Source: Microcoleus sp. (GTDB taxonomy: Bacteria > Cyanobacteriota > Cyanobacteriia > Cyanobacteriales > Microcoleaceae). From it: DNA of 64,000 nucleotides. Location of the stretch: positions 256,001-320,000 of the forward strand of contig JAYFMW010000005.1 of assembly GCA_042408215.1 (NCBI GenBank), written 5' to 3'. Positions 10,287 to 21,160 of the stretch are shown piece after piece. The translations under genes and the position numbers were made by a program. Positions within the stretch are counted from its first letter, which is position 1. Every line of letters begins with the position of its first letter. The notes below the pieces were generated by a model. That model was not told the DNA's origin and ran no database searches. It saw nothing but the letters and a program-made list of their open reading frames with translations.

Positions 10287-10889
10287 ATTTTTAGCGCGGT
10301 CTAGGAGAGCCAGCCAGAGGCGGCGGTGGCCGTTGGGGCTGCTGTAAAATAGCAAATCGATCAGGAGTTTGAGAGCCAAATTAGTTAGTTCTTTGCCGGA
10401 TAAATCTTCTGCATCTTCCATGCGCGAGGCATAAAAATTGCTGAATTTGTCAATATAATCTCCCAACAAAGCGATTGTGTGAGGTTCGCGATTTTGCTCT
10501 GCCATTTGTTCCAGCAGAGCCACAGCACGGCGGATTAAAGCTTGGTGCCCCATTGCTAAATGGCAGCTAATTAACACGAGCGATCGAGCTTCTTCCACAT
10601 CCAGCTTTTTCCGTCCCCCTTGGCCTTTGCGGAGCGGGTTCGACTGGCGCAGTCGCCACAGAGCCACCCGATCGGCCACTATTGATTCTAAGTTAAGTTC
10701 GGCTGCTACCCGCAGCATAGCCTCTGAGCCAATTCCTGTCAGAGCTTCTAGAGCTAACAGCACTAAATCCAGTTGGGCTTTAATGTTGTCCAACTGGGTA
10801 GCTTCTGGTGCTTTTTGGGTCAATTCTTCCCAGTTGGGAGACGGGCCCGTTTCGTTTGTGGGAGCGGAGGGCTTTAAAGTCGAGCGCAT
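10284..10889 (-). CDS. DUF3038 domain protein
   Basis: LDLVLLALEAL, DRVALWRLRQSNPLR, LLIDLLFYS...RRLW; adjacent to DUF4335 as is usual. Confidence 0.85.
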   Translation of the reverse strand: MRSTLKPSAPTNETGPSPNWEELTQKAPEATQLDNIKAQLDLVLLALEALTGIGSEAMLRVAAELNLESIVADRVALWRLRQSNPLRKGQGGRKKLDVEEARSLVLISCHLAMGHQALIRRAVALLEQMAEQNREPHTIALLGDYIDKFSNFYASRMEDAEDLSGKELTNLALKLLIDLLFYSSPNGHRRLWLALLDRAKN

Positions 10890-11164
10890 GGCTTCAGCAT
10901 AGGAAATTAATACAGGTTCAGGCTGGATATCTAACAGTATCCGGTGCTTTTGCTTGTGGCCAGCATAGCAAAAGCAACTCTGTTAATCTTGCTCCACAAC
11001 CATGAGCTTTGATTTCGGCAACTCTACTGCTGGACGGAATTGCGAGTTGAAAGTTGCGTTTTCAAGTTCGATCGGCCAAAGCAAAACCCATAACCAAAAT
11101 TTCCCCCCAACTATGGTACGCCACAACGTGACCGAAATCAAAAAAGATCCTCGCTGTCTCGAAT

Positions 11165-11209
11165 GCTACTCATAGTCTGTCGCTACTTATAGTCTGTCAG
11201 ATTATAGTT
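11165..11209 (+). promoter_or_regulatory. C-box operator array for the R-M controller protein
   Basis: gctACTCATAGTC-tgtc-gctACTTATAGTC-tgtc-agATTATAGTT resembles the GACT-N3-AGTC C-box of the PvuII/AhdI class. Confidence 0.8.
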
Positions 11210-11234
11210 GTCTTTGCTTAATCTGGCGCAATCT

Positions 11235-11447
11235 ATGGATATTACGGAGCAATTTGGTAAAAAAGTTAGACATTTCAGAAAGCTCAGAAATCTTTCCCAA
11301 GATCAGCTTGCAGAACTATCTGAATTACATCGTACTTATATTGGCTCAGTTGAACGAGGAGAAAGAAATATAACGCTGCTTAATGCAAACAAAATAGCCA
11401 AAGCATTATCCGTTAGTTTAGCTGAACTGGTAACTGATGATGACTGA
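11235..11447 (+). CDS. restriction-modification controller (C) protein, XRE HTH
   Basis: FGKKVRHFRK..LSQDQLA..LHRTYIGSVERGERNITL; C-boxes upstream; overlaps the REase start. Confidence 0.88.
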   Translation: MDITEQFGKKVRHFRKLRNLSQDQLAELSELHRTYIGSVERGERNITLLNANKIAKALSVSLAELVTDDD

Positions 11448-12155
11448 AAGAAAACTAGATCAAATTTTAGCAAAATACCAAAATTCATTTACCGATAAAG
11501 TTTACGCAGAAGAGAATGAAGAACACGATATTTTAATGAATGTGTTTGGTATCTCTCCCATAATAAAAAGAGAAAATAGGCAATATTGGGGGCGCGAGTT
11601 AGGTATGTGTTGGCAATTATTAGTTATTGAAACGTGCAAAGCATATTGCAGTAGTTTTCAGCCAGCATTTAATACCAGTTTTTTATGAGGCTGCATAGAA
11701 TCTGATCCCCCCTAACCCCCCTTAATAAGGGGGGAACAAGATTCTGCTCTTTCGTCAACCCCTACTCACACCCTACTCCCTTATTAAGGGGGATTTAGGG
11801 GGATCGAGATATATGCAACGACCCATTAAATTGGTATAAAGTCGGAAGCGATGAGCCGTGCGATCTGATTGTTGATGGGTACGCGATAGATACAAAATAC
11901 CGTATTGGCTCAGGAGATTCTGGAACACTGAAAAAATTCAAATCCTATGGTCCACTACTTCGTACTTATAATTACGAGCCAGTTATTTTAATACTTAGAC
12001 AAGATAATTTGCCCGCAGCTATTACAGCGTGCCAAGTAGGGACTTGGAGAGTTTATACTGGGGATGCTTCCTTTGAGTTCATACAAACAATAAGCGGATT
12101 TGATTTAAAGTCATTTCTTACTGAAAGAGTGGGAGAATTCCCTGTATACCGCTGA
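11437..12155 (+). pseudogene. type II restriction endonuclease (PD-(D/E)xK-like) interrupted by a MITE
   Basis: Removing 11672-11838 restores ...QPAF-KVGSDEPCDLIVDGYAIDTKYRIGSGDSG... as a 183-aa ORF; lies between a C gene and an MTase. Confidence 0.85.
11672..11836. mobile_element. 165-bp MITE with TA target duplication
   Basis: TA|ATACCAGTTT...AAATTGGTA|TA; related copies at 32874 and 39714. Confidence 0.92.
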
Positions 12156-13059
12156 CATTATCAAGGCGCTTGTTGATAATCTCTATGTATTCAGGTACTA
12201 TTTCAATACCAACATACCTAATCCCAAATTCTTGCGCCGCCAGTAATGTAGTTCCAGATCCTGCGAAAGGATCGATGAGAATAGAATTTTCCAAACGCGG
12301 TACAAATATTTCGACCAGCTTTCTCATTAGAGCGATCGGTTTAACTGTGCAATGAACGTTAAACTCCTCGGTTTTTTCACGCTGTATACCTTCTAAAATA
12401 TTGGACTGAAAACCACCGAACTGATCTTTAGTATAAAATAGACCAGTACCATACTCCTGTAGAGTTTCCAAGTAATTATTGACCAGTGGTTTTTGAAGTA
12501 CGCAGATTGCTTCCCATTCATTCCTCAAACAACTGTGCCAACCATCCCATTTTTCGGGATTTTCATATCCTTTCTTCTCGAACTGTTGTTTGATATTGAC
12601 ACCTTTAGGGATACCACTCGATCTTTTATAAACAAGCATATCTCTCGCATAGAATCCAGCATTTTCAAGTGCTACTTGTACGTGAGCAACAGTTCGTGTG
12701 CTGTTGAAAACTAAAACTGTCGCACCCGGTTTGCAGATCCGAAAATGCTGCTCACCCCAATCAAGGCACCACTTCTCATAATCCAGAATGTTGTTACGAT
12801 TCCTTTGATACCATTTTTCGTTTCTGACTCCACCAGCTAAACCACTGCCATAAGGAATGTTTTTAACAAGGGTTTTATTTCCCTTGTCATTGACTCTTTC
12901 AATACGTCTTTGAATTTCTGAATCATCCCATTTATGACCAATAAATTCATAATTATAAGGTGGGTCAGTGATACACGCAGAAACATAATTTTCTGGCAAT
13001 GTCTTCATCACTTCACGACAGTCGCCAACCAAAACTTCATTTGAGGGAGTTTTTTTCAT
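12118..13059 (-). CDS. site-specific DNA methyltransferase (N4-C/N6-A, beta class)
   Basis: ITDPPY near the N-terminus; HCTVKP and DPFAGSGTT near the C-terminus. Confidence 0.93.
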   Translation of the reverse strand: MKKTPSNEVLVGDCREVMKTLPENYVSACITDPPYNYEFIGHKWDDSEIQRRIERVNDKGNKTLVKNIPYGSGLAGGVRNEKWYQRNRNNILDYEKWCLDWGEQHFRICKPGATVLVFNSTRTVAHVQVALENAGFYARDMLVYKRSSGIPKGVNIKQQFEKKGYENPEKWDGWHSCLRNEWEAICVLQKPLVNNYLETLQEYGTGLFYTKDQFGGFQSNILEGIQREKTEEFNVHCTVKPIALMRKLVEIFVPRLENSILIDPFAGSGTTLLAAQEFGIRYVGIEIVPEYIEIINKRLDNVSGIQGILPLFQ

Positions 13060-13317
13060 TAGTCAGGCAGTTACTCAAGTGGGAAATCAACTTTCAATCA
13101 TGCCACATTTGCAGTAGATAGTGAATCTAAATGAGTCGTGAAACTCTCTTCTCTTTCCGAACTTCGCGTTCTTTGCGTCTTCGCGGTTCGTTGAAAACTT
13201 TTTTTCCACAACTCATTTATATTCGCTATAGACAGTCTAAATCATATGTTCCTTGCGACTTGTTTTGCTGCATACAACTATACAATTACGAATCTACCGG
13301 AAATGTGTAAATCCTGA

Positions 13318-16005
13318 CTACTTCAAAAATGCGATCGTCACACCTCCACCTCCTTCCTTTTGACTAGCCAACTCATAGCGAGCAACCTGCGGATGAGTGT
13401 CCAGAAATTCGTGAATACCCCGCCGCAACTGTCCCGTGCCTTTCCCGTGAATTATCCACAGCACGCCATATTCAACAGCTTTGCTCAGAGCTCTGTCTAC
13501 TTCAATCTCAGCATCTGAGACTCTCGCACCCCGCAAGTCGATCGTATTGTTGGCAGTGCGAATTGCAATTTCGGGAGCAGATTTTGGCGATTCAGAGGGA
13601 GCTTGTTTAGCTTTCGCCGTCGCGATCGCTTGTGCCGCCGCCTTGGCTAATTGGGCTTTAGTTTCCGGTTTTTGACCGTCAAGAGATTCTATTTCTGCCA
13701 GTTTGACTGTCATTTTCATCATACCAAACCGCACGGTCAAATCTTCGTTGGCGTCTGGCCCACTCAGGACTTCAGCCGTTTGGCCCAAGCTGGGAATGCG
13801 GATGCGATCGCCCACTTTTGGCAGAAAACCCGGTTTGGGTTTGACCGGTGCTGTCCGCGAGGGCAAGTTTTTCTCGGCAATTTGATTCAAAGTTGCCGTT
13901 GCTTGTTGGGCATTTTGAGCTGTCTGGTTGCCCGACTGCAAGCGACGAATGATTTGAGCAATTTCGGATTTTGCCCCTGTTATCGCCTCATTTACTGCCA
14001 CTTCCTGAGCTATTTTTAGGTCTCGCTCCCGTTCTTGCAAAGCCGTCGCTTTTTGAGAAACTTCTCGGTGAAGCTGTTCTGTTTGTTGCAGCAGTTGAGC
14101 AGCTTCCCTGGCCTTAGTTTCCTGTTTCCGCCGCTGAGCTTCGAGTCCAGCAATCACTTGATTAACATCGGCAGAAGCACCCCCGACATAGGTTTGAGCT
14201 GATTCGACTATTTCTGCTAGCAAACCGAGTCTTTTAGCAATCGTGAGAGCATTGGAACGTCCGGGAATTCCCCACAGCAATCGGTAGGTGGGCTGCATAG
14301 AACTATCATCAAATTCCACTGAAGCATTTTCAAAGCGATCGTCTTGATATTTGAGAGCTTTGAGTTCGCCAAAGTGGGTAGTTGCGACTGTTAGCAGGGA
14401 ATGTTCGGCGAGGTATTGCAAAAGGGCGATCGCTAGTGCACTTCCCTCCGAGGGGTCTGTCCCCGCTCCCACTTCATCTAACAAAACTAAAGAATTGGGA
14501 ATTGGGCATCGGGAATTGGGAATTGGGAATGGGGAATTGGGAATTGGGAATGGGGAATTGGGAATTGGGAATTGGGCATCGGGAATTGAGTCTCCTGAGC
14601 GAAGTCGAAGGGTAGTGGAAGTATGGGGAATTGGGAGGTTTGAATCCTCTTCTCCTCCTTTTTTCAAGACTGCTAAAATACGACTGATGCGGCGTATGTG
14701 GCCGGAGAAAGTAGACAAACTTTGCTGCAAAGATTGTTCGTCACCAATATCAGCCAGAATATTGTCAAACCAAGGCAATTCTACAGGTTCGCGGGCGGGT
14801 ACAAACATTCCCGCTTTCGCCATCAGGGCGACCAATCCCAAGGTTTTGAGAGTAACTGTTTTGCCACCTGTGTTGGGGCCTGTGATGGCGACGACACGGA
14901 TGTGCGGCTGTATCGTTAGATCGATCGGCACTACTGGGAAACCTTGTTCGTATTGCTGCTGCCAGACTAATAGGGGATGTCGCAACTGACGCAAGGTGAT
15001 TTGCGATCGCAATTTGGGAATTTCTAATTGGCTGGTTTCCGACTTTTCCCCATCTAATTCTTCTCCATTTTTGGGTGTTAATTCTCTATTTTCTACTTCA
15101 ATAAATTTCGGCGGATTTGCTTCCAGCCATAAGCTGTAACGCGCTTTAGCACAAGCTAAATCTAAAATTGTCACCACAGCCAACAATCGGTCTAAATCAG
15201 GTTTGACAGCAGCAACTTCCCCGGTCAGGGTGCGTAGGACGGCTTCTACTTCTGCTTGTTCTTGCCTCAGCAATTGCCGCATTTGATTGTTGAGATTTAC
15301 TGTACTGTGGGGTTCTACATACAGTGTCGCGCCGCTGGCTGAGGAGTCGTGAACGATGCCCGGTATGGCATCTTTTTGGGGAGCTTTGACGGGAATAACA
15401 AAGCGCGAGTTCCTTTGGGTAATTACCTGTTCTTGAACGGCGTTGGATTGTCTCTGCAAAATCCCCTGTAATATTTGATAAATGCGATCGCGCAACTGTC
15501 GGATTTGAGTTCTAATTGTCCCTAATTTGGGAGTGGCTCGATCGGCTACTTGGGCGCGATCGTCTATGCAGCGGTGTATTTCTTGTTCTAATTCAGGATA
15601 AGTCCGCAATTGAGCTGCAAGTTCCTTGAGCGTCGGCACATCTGGCTGAGCATCAACGATCCGGCGCAATTGCCTTGCTCCCGCCAGGGTGGTAGCAATT
15701 GCCAGCAATTCTTCGCCACTAAGCAACCCTTGCAGTTCCGCTCGTTTCACAGAAGTGCCGATGTCTTGAATTCCTTCAAAAGTCAAGCCGCCGCTCAGCC
15801 TGCTCTCTAACTGATAAGCTTCCTGAGTTTGGGCCAGCAGTTCGGCCGTTTGAGCTGGAGTTGCCGGAATTTCGAGTTGGAGGGCGGCGGCGATGCCAAG
15901 TTTGGTGGCCGCGAAGGTAGCCAAGTGCTGACACAGGCGCGGCCATTCTAATAGTTCTAGGGTTTCGGCTTGAATCAAAGTTGAACGGTTGTTGGTAATT
16001 GGCAT
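13318..16005 (-). CDS. mutS2: endonuclease MutS2
   Basis: [38 protein letters not shown]-terminal Smr domain IIHGKGTG. Confidence 0.96.
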   Translation of the reverse strand: MPITNNRSTLIQAETLELLEWPRLCQHLATFAATKLGIAAALQLEIPATPAQTAELLAQTQEAYQLESRLSGGLTFEGIQDIGTSVKRAELQGLLSGEELLAIATTLAGARQLRRIVDAQPDVPTLKELAAQLRTYPELEQEIHRCIDDRAQVADRATPKLGTIRTQIRQLRDRIYQILQGILQRQSNAVQEQVITQRNSRFVIPVKAPQKDAIPGIVHDSSASGATLYVEPHSTVNLNNQMRQLLRQEQAEVEAVLRTLTGEVAAVKPDLDRLLAVVTILDLACAKARYSLWLEANPPKFIEVENRELTPKNGEELDGEKSETSQLEIPKLRSQITLRQLRHPLLVWQQQYEQGFPVVPIDLTIQPHIRVVAITGPNTGGKTVTLKTLGLVALMAKAGMFVPAREPVELPWFDNILADIGDEQSLQQSLSTFSGHIRRISRILAVLKKGGEEDSNLPIPHTSTTLRLRSGDSIPDAQFPIPNSPFPIPNSPFPIPNSRCPIPNSLVLLDEVGAGTDPSEGSALAIALLQYLAEHSLLTVATTHFGELKALKYQDDRFENASVEFDDSSMQPTYRLLWGIPGRSNALTIAKRLGLLAEIVESAQTYVGGASADVNQVIAGLEAQRRKQETKAREAAQLLQQTEQLHREVSQKATALQERERDLKIAQEVAVNEAITGAKSEIAQIIRRLQSGNQTAQNAQQATATLNQIAEKNLPSRTAPVKPKPGFLPKVGDRIRIPSLGQTAEVLSGPDANEDLTVRFGMMKMTVKLAEIESLDGQKPETKAQLAKAAAQAIATAKAKQAPSESPKSAPEIAIRTANNTIDLRGARVSDAEIEVDRALSKAVEYGVLWIIHGKGTGQLRRGIHEFLDTHPQVARYELASQKEGGGGVTIAFLK

Positions 16006-16182
16006 TCTCAGGCGTTGACCGAGAAGGTTAATTCACGATACTATGAATTAATTTTAAAGTTTTTTGGGTTTTTTGGGGGCGGTTATTGGTAATTTTTGGT
16101 AACATTTAATTATTTGAATTGTAAATATACAGGGATAATTCTGGCTGTTGTATCCTGAAAAGTAATTTGTGGAGCGGGTGTT

Positions 16183-17427
16183 ATGGGAAAGATTTTGGCG
16201 ATCGCCGATGCTATGACTTTCGAAGTCGTGCAACAGTTACTCTCAGGGGAGGGACATCAAGTGAGAGTCGCCCCCGACGCTAGGGAGGGTATGGATTTGG
16301 CTCGGCCAATGTCCCCGGATTTGATAATTTGTGATGGGACTTCCCCTCAAATCGAGTGGTTGGAGCTGTGCCGGTTGGTGAAGGCCGATCGAGCATTGGC
16401 CAAAGTGTATTTTATGCTACTGGCGACACCAGAGCAATTTAACAGGCAAACAGAATTGGATGAGTTGATTGACGATGTTGTGCTTAAACCAATAGTTAGG
16501 CAAGAATTATTAGGGAGAGTACGTGCAGGCTTGCGATCGCAGAGCTTGAAAATCGAGTTAGAGCGATCGCAACAAGAACTACAACTTGCTCGCGAGCGGA
16601 TGCTGTCACGGGAAAAAATGTCGAATTTAGGAGAGTTGGCATCGGGGATCGCTCACGAAATCAACAATCCTATTACATTTATTTACAGCAACTTGACTCA
16701 CGTACAAACCTATGCTAACGACTTAATAGAACTGCTGCGATTATATCAAAAACAGTTACTTAATCCCAGTCCTGAGATTCTGCAAAAACAGCAAGATATG
16801 GATGTAGAATTCGTCCTCGACGATTTATTAAAAATTGTGAGTTCGATGCGGACAGGGAGCGATCGCATTCGCCAAATTATCTTGTCAGTACAGGATTTTG
16901 CCCGGAGCGATCGTTCCGGGTGGCAATTATTTGATATTTCCGACGGTTTAGAAAACACTCTTTTGTTATTGCAGCACCGCTTACCGGCCCGCGAGGGAAG
17001 GCGGGATATCAAAGTAATTAAAGACTACGGAAATTTGCCACAAGTTGAGTGTTATGCCGGCCTGCTAAATCAGGCTTTTTTGAATACGATCAATTATGCG
17101 ATCGATACTTTAGAAGTATCCAGTCAAGAGTTGGCTCAGTCTGAATCCGTCAACTTTAGACCAGTGATTCAGATTCGCACTCAAGTAGTCGATTCCCAGC
17201 GAATATCTATAGAAATTTCCGATAATGGCATCCCCATAAATGAAGATATCAAAGCGCAAATATTCGACCCAGTTTTCATGTCAAAAACCACGGGGGAAGG
17301 AAGCGGGTTGGGACTAGCCATGAGCTACCTGATAGTTGTGGAGCAGCACAAAGGCGAATTGAAGTTTTTTTCCGAACCAGAGCAAGGCAATAAATTTCGG
17401 ATCGAAATTCCGCGGCGGCACACTTAA
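16183..17427 (+). CDS. hybrid receiver-histidine kinase
   Basis: N-terminal REC domain, GIAHEINNP H-box, HATPase_c with divergent N and G1 boxes. Confidence 0.9.
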   Translation: MGKILAIADAMTFEVVQQLLSGEGHQVRVAPDAREGMDLARPMSPDLIICDGTSPQIEWLELCRLVKADRALAKVYFMLLATPEQFNRQTELDELIDDVVLKPIVRQELLGRVRAGLRSQSLKIELERSQQELQLARERMLSREKMSNLGELASGIAHEINNPITFIYSNLTHVQTYANDLIELLRLYQKQLLNPSPEILQKQQDMDVEFVLDDLLKIVSSMRTGSDRIRQIILSVQDFARSDRSGWQLFDISDGLENTLLLLQHRLPAREGRRDIKVIKDYGNLPQVECYAGLLNQAFLNTINYAIDTLEVSSQELAQSESVNFRPVIQIRTQVVDSQRISIEISDNGIPINEDIKAQIFDPVFMSKTTGEGSGLGLAMSYLIVVEQHKGELKFFSEPEQGNKFRIEIPRRHT

Positions 17428-17558
17428 TATCAACTGCGGTTAATTACCGATCGATTTCTCATTTTCCTCTCTTTCTCTGCGCCCTCTGCGCCCTCTGCGG
17501 TTCATTAAAAAAAATCTCATTCATACACAAAATAAAACTGCTACACCAACAGACTAAA

Positions 17559-17903
17559 ATGGAAGCGATAGCCAAAGTAACTGCAACTGAAACAGCCTTA
17601 AAATTAATAGACTACCTCAAAACCCAGCACGGACAATTAATGTTTCACCAAACCGGCGGCGGCTGCGAAGGTAGTTCCCCCATGTGCTTTCCAGATGGCG
17701 AATTCATAGTCGGCGATGCGGATGTATTGCTAGGCGAAATAGGTGGTTTTCCTTTCTATATCGGAACCCAGCAATACGAATACTGGCAGCACACGCAGTT
17801 AATTATAGACGTAGCATCAGGACCAGGAGGCAGCGATTTTTCCCTGGAAGGGCCGGAGGGAGAACGTTTTATTACTCGTTCTCGCTTGGCCAGTCAATGC
17901 TGA
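17559..17903 (+). CDS. DUF779 family protein
   Basis: LMFHQTGGGCEGSSPMCFP...QYEYWQHTQLIIDV...FSLEGPEG. Confidence 0.88.
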   Translation: MEAIAKVTATETALKLIDYLKTQHGQLMFHQTGGGCEGSSPMCFPDGEFIVGDADVLLGEIGGFPFYIGTQQYEYWQHTQLIIDVASGPGGSDFSLEGPEGERFITRSRLASQC

Positions 17904-17985
17904 TTAACTCTAATTTTTGTAACTAAGATATATTGTTATCTTGGATGCAATCTAGAGCCTTCTATCTCAGAAGTTGAAAAAACGG

Positions 17986-18822
17986 ATGAACGCTATAATT
18001 ATTGGTTGTGGCTATGTTGGAAGTGTCGTTGCTCAGCATTGGCAAAACCTGGGTCACGCAATCACTGCAACGACGACAACGCCAGACCGGATTGGGGAGT
18101 TACAGAAATTTGCCAACCAGGCGATCGTCCTGAAGTGCTGCGATGAAGAGACATTACAGACGATCTTGCAAAATCAAGATGTGGTCTTCCTGAGTGTCGC
18201 TCCTACAGCAAACCAACAAGTAGATGCCCTGATGTACGAGGAGACATACCTGCATACGGCCAACAACCTTGTTCTTGCCTTGAAGCATTTTCCCAACGTG
18301 AAACAACTCATATATACCAGTAGTTGTGCTGTCTATGGCAATAGTAATGGAGCCTGGGTGAGTGAAGTGTCACCTGTGGCACCAGCTAACAGACATGGAG
18401 AGATTTTACATGATACAGAGCAAGTTTTGCTGTCAGCATCCAGCCAAGATTTGAAAGTATGTATCTTTCGCCTTGGAGCAATTTATGGACCTGATCGCGA
18501 GCTCAAGAAACGGTTTACTAAGCTTGCAGGCACAACTCGCCCAGGCTCAGGCAATCATTTCACCAATTGGATTCATTTGGACGACATTGTATCAGCAAGT
18601 GAGTTTGCGCTCGATCGTCAATTACAAGGAATTTATAACCTGGTGAATGATGTTCCGATCGCTGCTCGTGAATTGTTTAAACAACTGTGCGATCGCTACG
18701 AATTACCTGAAGTAGAATGGGATTCATCGGATACCAAAACTCCCTCGAACGATCGGCGCATATCGAATCAGAAGCTCAAAGCAGAAGGATACCAGTTCAT
18801 TCATCCGAAAGTCGAAGTTTGA
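17986..18822 (+). CDS. NAD-dependent epimerase/SDR oxidoreductase
   Basis: IIGCGYVG, YTSSCAVYG, RLGAIYGP, NWIHLDDIV. Confidence 0.9.
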   Translation: MNAIIIGCGYVGSVVAQHWQNLGHAITATTTTPDRIGELQKFANQAIVLKCCDEETLQTILQNQDVVFLSVAPTANQQVDALMYEETYLHTANNLVLALKHFPNVKQLIYTSSCAVYGNSNGAWVSEVSPVAPANRHGEILHDTEQVLLSASSQDLKVCIFRLGAIYGPDRELKKRFTKLAGTTRPGSGNHFTNWIHLDDIVSASEFALDRQLQGIYNLVNDVPIAARELFKQLCDRYELPEVEWDSSDTKTPSNDRRISNQKLKAEGYQFIHPKVEV

Positions 18823-18827
18823 GGCTG

Positions 18828-19640
18828 TTAAATGGCGAATACCTCAGCCTTTTGATCCGGTTTTTCGTAGATTAAAGTACAGCTTCGGGGGGTGTTTTGA
18901 GTATCTGGTGTCCAACGCATTGAGGCATAATAGGGAGTATTGAATCGATCGCTCGAAATCACAAACTCAATGGCATCTGGCAACTGGATTTGTAGAAAAT
19001 CGCCTTGTATTTCAATCGGTTGAGGAGGAACTGGCAATTGAGCCATTTCATCCAATGAAACATAGGTTCCGCCTGTCGCTTGAGCAGGAAGTTTGAGGCT
19101 GTTGACTCGATCGATCCTACAGTGATTTTGTTCAGACCACCAAGGTTTGGCTGTCTCTTCCTTGCTCTCTCTGAATAATGAAAATAGGTTGGGTTGAAGG
19201 CTATTATCGGGGGATTTGTAGTACATCACCACCACACTCGTTCTTTTGCCTGATGCCAGGAGGTAAGGTTCAAAATAGAATCTTGAACCTGTTCGATCGT
19301 GTCCAACCATTATGTCAGAAGAATGGGGATTAAAAAGCAGATAAGCCTCTGGATCAACCGGATGGATAATCAGCGGATTACCCAAGGTCAAAACCCATTG
19401 TTTCTGCGTTACTGTTTCTGTCATCCGACTCCTGAAGTCGAGGGAATGGGTGACAGTTTGCCGATCGTCAGAAGGAATGAAGCTGCGTACAGAATCAAGA
19501 ATATCGAGAACCTGCCCTGCGCCATCATATCTAACCAATATCCCTTGCCAACGTCCGCAGTGATGAGCCATCAAAGTTTCCCACTGCTTTTGAGCAGTCA
19601 AAGGTACTTTGGCGGTGATGGACAGTCTGTTCTCTGACAT
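18828..19640 (-). CDS. hypothetical protein, possibly DUF3598-like
   Basis: QWETL...GRWQG N-terminus; the track's extension to 19682 runs into repeats. Confidence 0.6.
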   Translation of the reverse strand: MSENRLSITAKVPLTAQKQWETLMAHHCGRWQGILVRYDGAGQVLDILDSVRSFIPSDDRQTVTHSLDFRSRMTETVTQKQWVLTLGNPLIIHPVDPEAYLLFNPHSSDIMVGHDRTGSRFYFEPYLLASGKRTSVVVMYYKSPDNSLQPNLFSLFRESKEETAKPWWSEQNHCRIDRVNSLKLPAQATGGTYVSLDEMAQLPVPPQPIEIQGDFLQIQLPDAIEFVISSDRFNTPYYASMRWTPDTQNTPRSCTLIYEKPDQKAEVFAI

Positions 19641-19676
19641 TGGCGTATCCCTATTTTCCCTATACATTAATGAAGA

Positions 19677-19807
19677 AGTCATTAGTCATTAGTTATTAGT
19701 CATTAGTCATTGGTTCTTTGTTATTGGTTATTGGTTATTTGTTGGTTGCAATGCCCAATGCTCAATGCCCAATGCCCAATGCCCAATGCCCAATGCCCAA
19801 TGCCCAA
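19677..19807. repeat. heptamer arrays (AGTCATT/GGTTATT/CAATGCC)
   Basis: Direct reading. Confidence 0.9.
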
Positions 19808-19825
19808 CTATTCTCCTTAACTACT

Positions 19826-20377
19826 TTAAGCTTTAGCAACTGTAATTAAAGCCAATTCAATTTTGTTGTCAGCGACTTGACTGACTTGTGCACGCAAACC
19901 AGGTCCAAAAAAAGTAGCTATTTTTTGCTGTTTTTCTTCCCAGATTTCGATTGGGATCAAGGGCGAGTTAAACTCTAAAATTAACCCATAAGCACCATCC
20001 ACAGCAACTTCCCGTAACCCTCGCAGCATGGGTCTTTCCTCATCTGTTGGGGCCAAGCCCAAGCGCTCCAGAGCATCATCTAAATGAGCAGTTTGACCGT
20101 AGCGAAATCGGGTTACATCTTTGCGGACTTGATTTTGAGTATCGGTGCCCTGCTGTTCCCGCAGAGCGAGAACTTCATCAGAAGTAGGTTCGGTGAAAAC
20201 TACCGGTTCGAGTTCGGCCGCTTTCAGGGCCAAACCTCCGAGCAACAGCGGAATTCCATAAAAAAAACCGGCCAGATTCAGAGTTGGTTGGTCTGTGAAG
20301 TAGGCACCGAACCCGACTGCTGCTATAATACCGCCCACAACTAAGGCTAGGTTTGCTAAAGAAATTTGACGCAACAT
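19826..20377 (-). CDS. DUF2854 family membrane protein
   Basis: LNLAGFFYGIPLLLGGLALKAAEL, QVRKDVTRFRYGQ, FFGPG. Confidence 0.88.
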   Translation of the reverse strand: MLRQISLANLALVVGGIIAAVGFGAYFTDQPTLNLAGFFYGIPLLLGGLALKAAELEPVVFTEPTSDEVLALREQQGTDTQNQVRKDVTRFRYGQTAHLDDALERLGLAPTDEERPMLRGLREVAVDGAYGLILEFNSPLIPIEIWEEKQQKIATFFGPGLRAQVSQVADNKIELALITVAKA

Positions 20378-20771
20378 ATTAGTGAGGTAGTTAGCTAGAA
20401 TCAACAATATACTTTAATTATTATCTGTCAAGAAGTCTTGAATATAAAAAATATTCGATCGCACTCCCAGTAAAAAGTTTACAACCTACTCCCCGCACCC
20501 GAACTCTGCCGGATCACCTAAACAAATTGAGATTTTTTGACAAAAGACCTGCAAAAACTGCTAGCATCAATAAGCGCGGGAGAGGGGTGCATCCGTAATC
20601 TTGTCTCTAGCTTCAGAAAATTGTCCCGCCGACAGGAGTGTCCAACACCTATAAATATCGGTGTTCATGATGTGCCGTTAGTTCTAGAAGGCGATCGAGA
20701 TCGCCAGTATCATCAAAGTAGAGAGAGTGGCTCGCCATCGGCCCTCTTACCCTTTCAACCAATTTTCGGAC

Positions 20772-21032
20772 ATGATTAAAGACGAAGACAAACAAACTAC
20801 TGGAGCAAACAAATCGGTTCTAGAGCAGATTAACTCGCTCAAGCGCGAGGATGAAAGGCTTTATAACATCTTAGCCATAGATGTCTGGGCCCTAGCCAAG
20901 ACAATGGATGAATATCAACCGGGGTTTTGGGCGGCGTTTATGAAAAATCGCGAGAAAGCTCTGAAGCGATTTCTCGCGGAAATGATGAAAAACAAACCCG
21001 CAGCCACCAAACGTCCCCCTTTCCTGCGCTGA
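20772..21032 (+). CDS. hypothetical protein (plus strand; the ORF track labels it minus)
   Basis: Plus-strand codons from 20727 (GTG GCT CGC CAT) give the listed protein and TGA is at 21030-21032; likely ATG at 20772. Confidence 0.75.
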   Translation: MIKDEDKQTTGANKSVLEQINSLKREDERLYNILAIDVWALAKTMDEYQPGFWAAFMKNREKALKRFLAEMMKNKPAATKRPPFLR

Positions 21033-21160
21033 AGTTTTGGTCAAGTTTTTGAGAGGTATGTGTTCGGCGTTGAAATGAATTTGACCAAAACTGCTAAAAA
21101 TTGTTGCAGTTGGTCACAAAAGTTATATATTTTTGTTAAGAGTAGCAAAGGAGAGAGAAA

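Noticed and set aside
20727..21032. Minus-strand assignment in the ORF track
   Set aside because: The listed peptide is read from the plus strand
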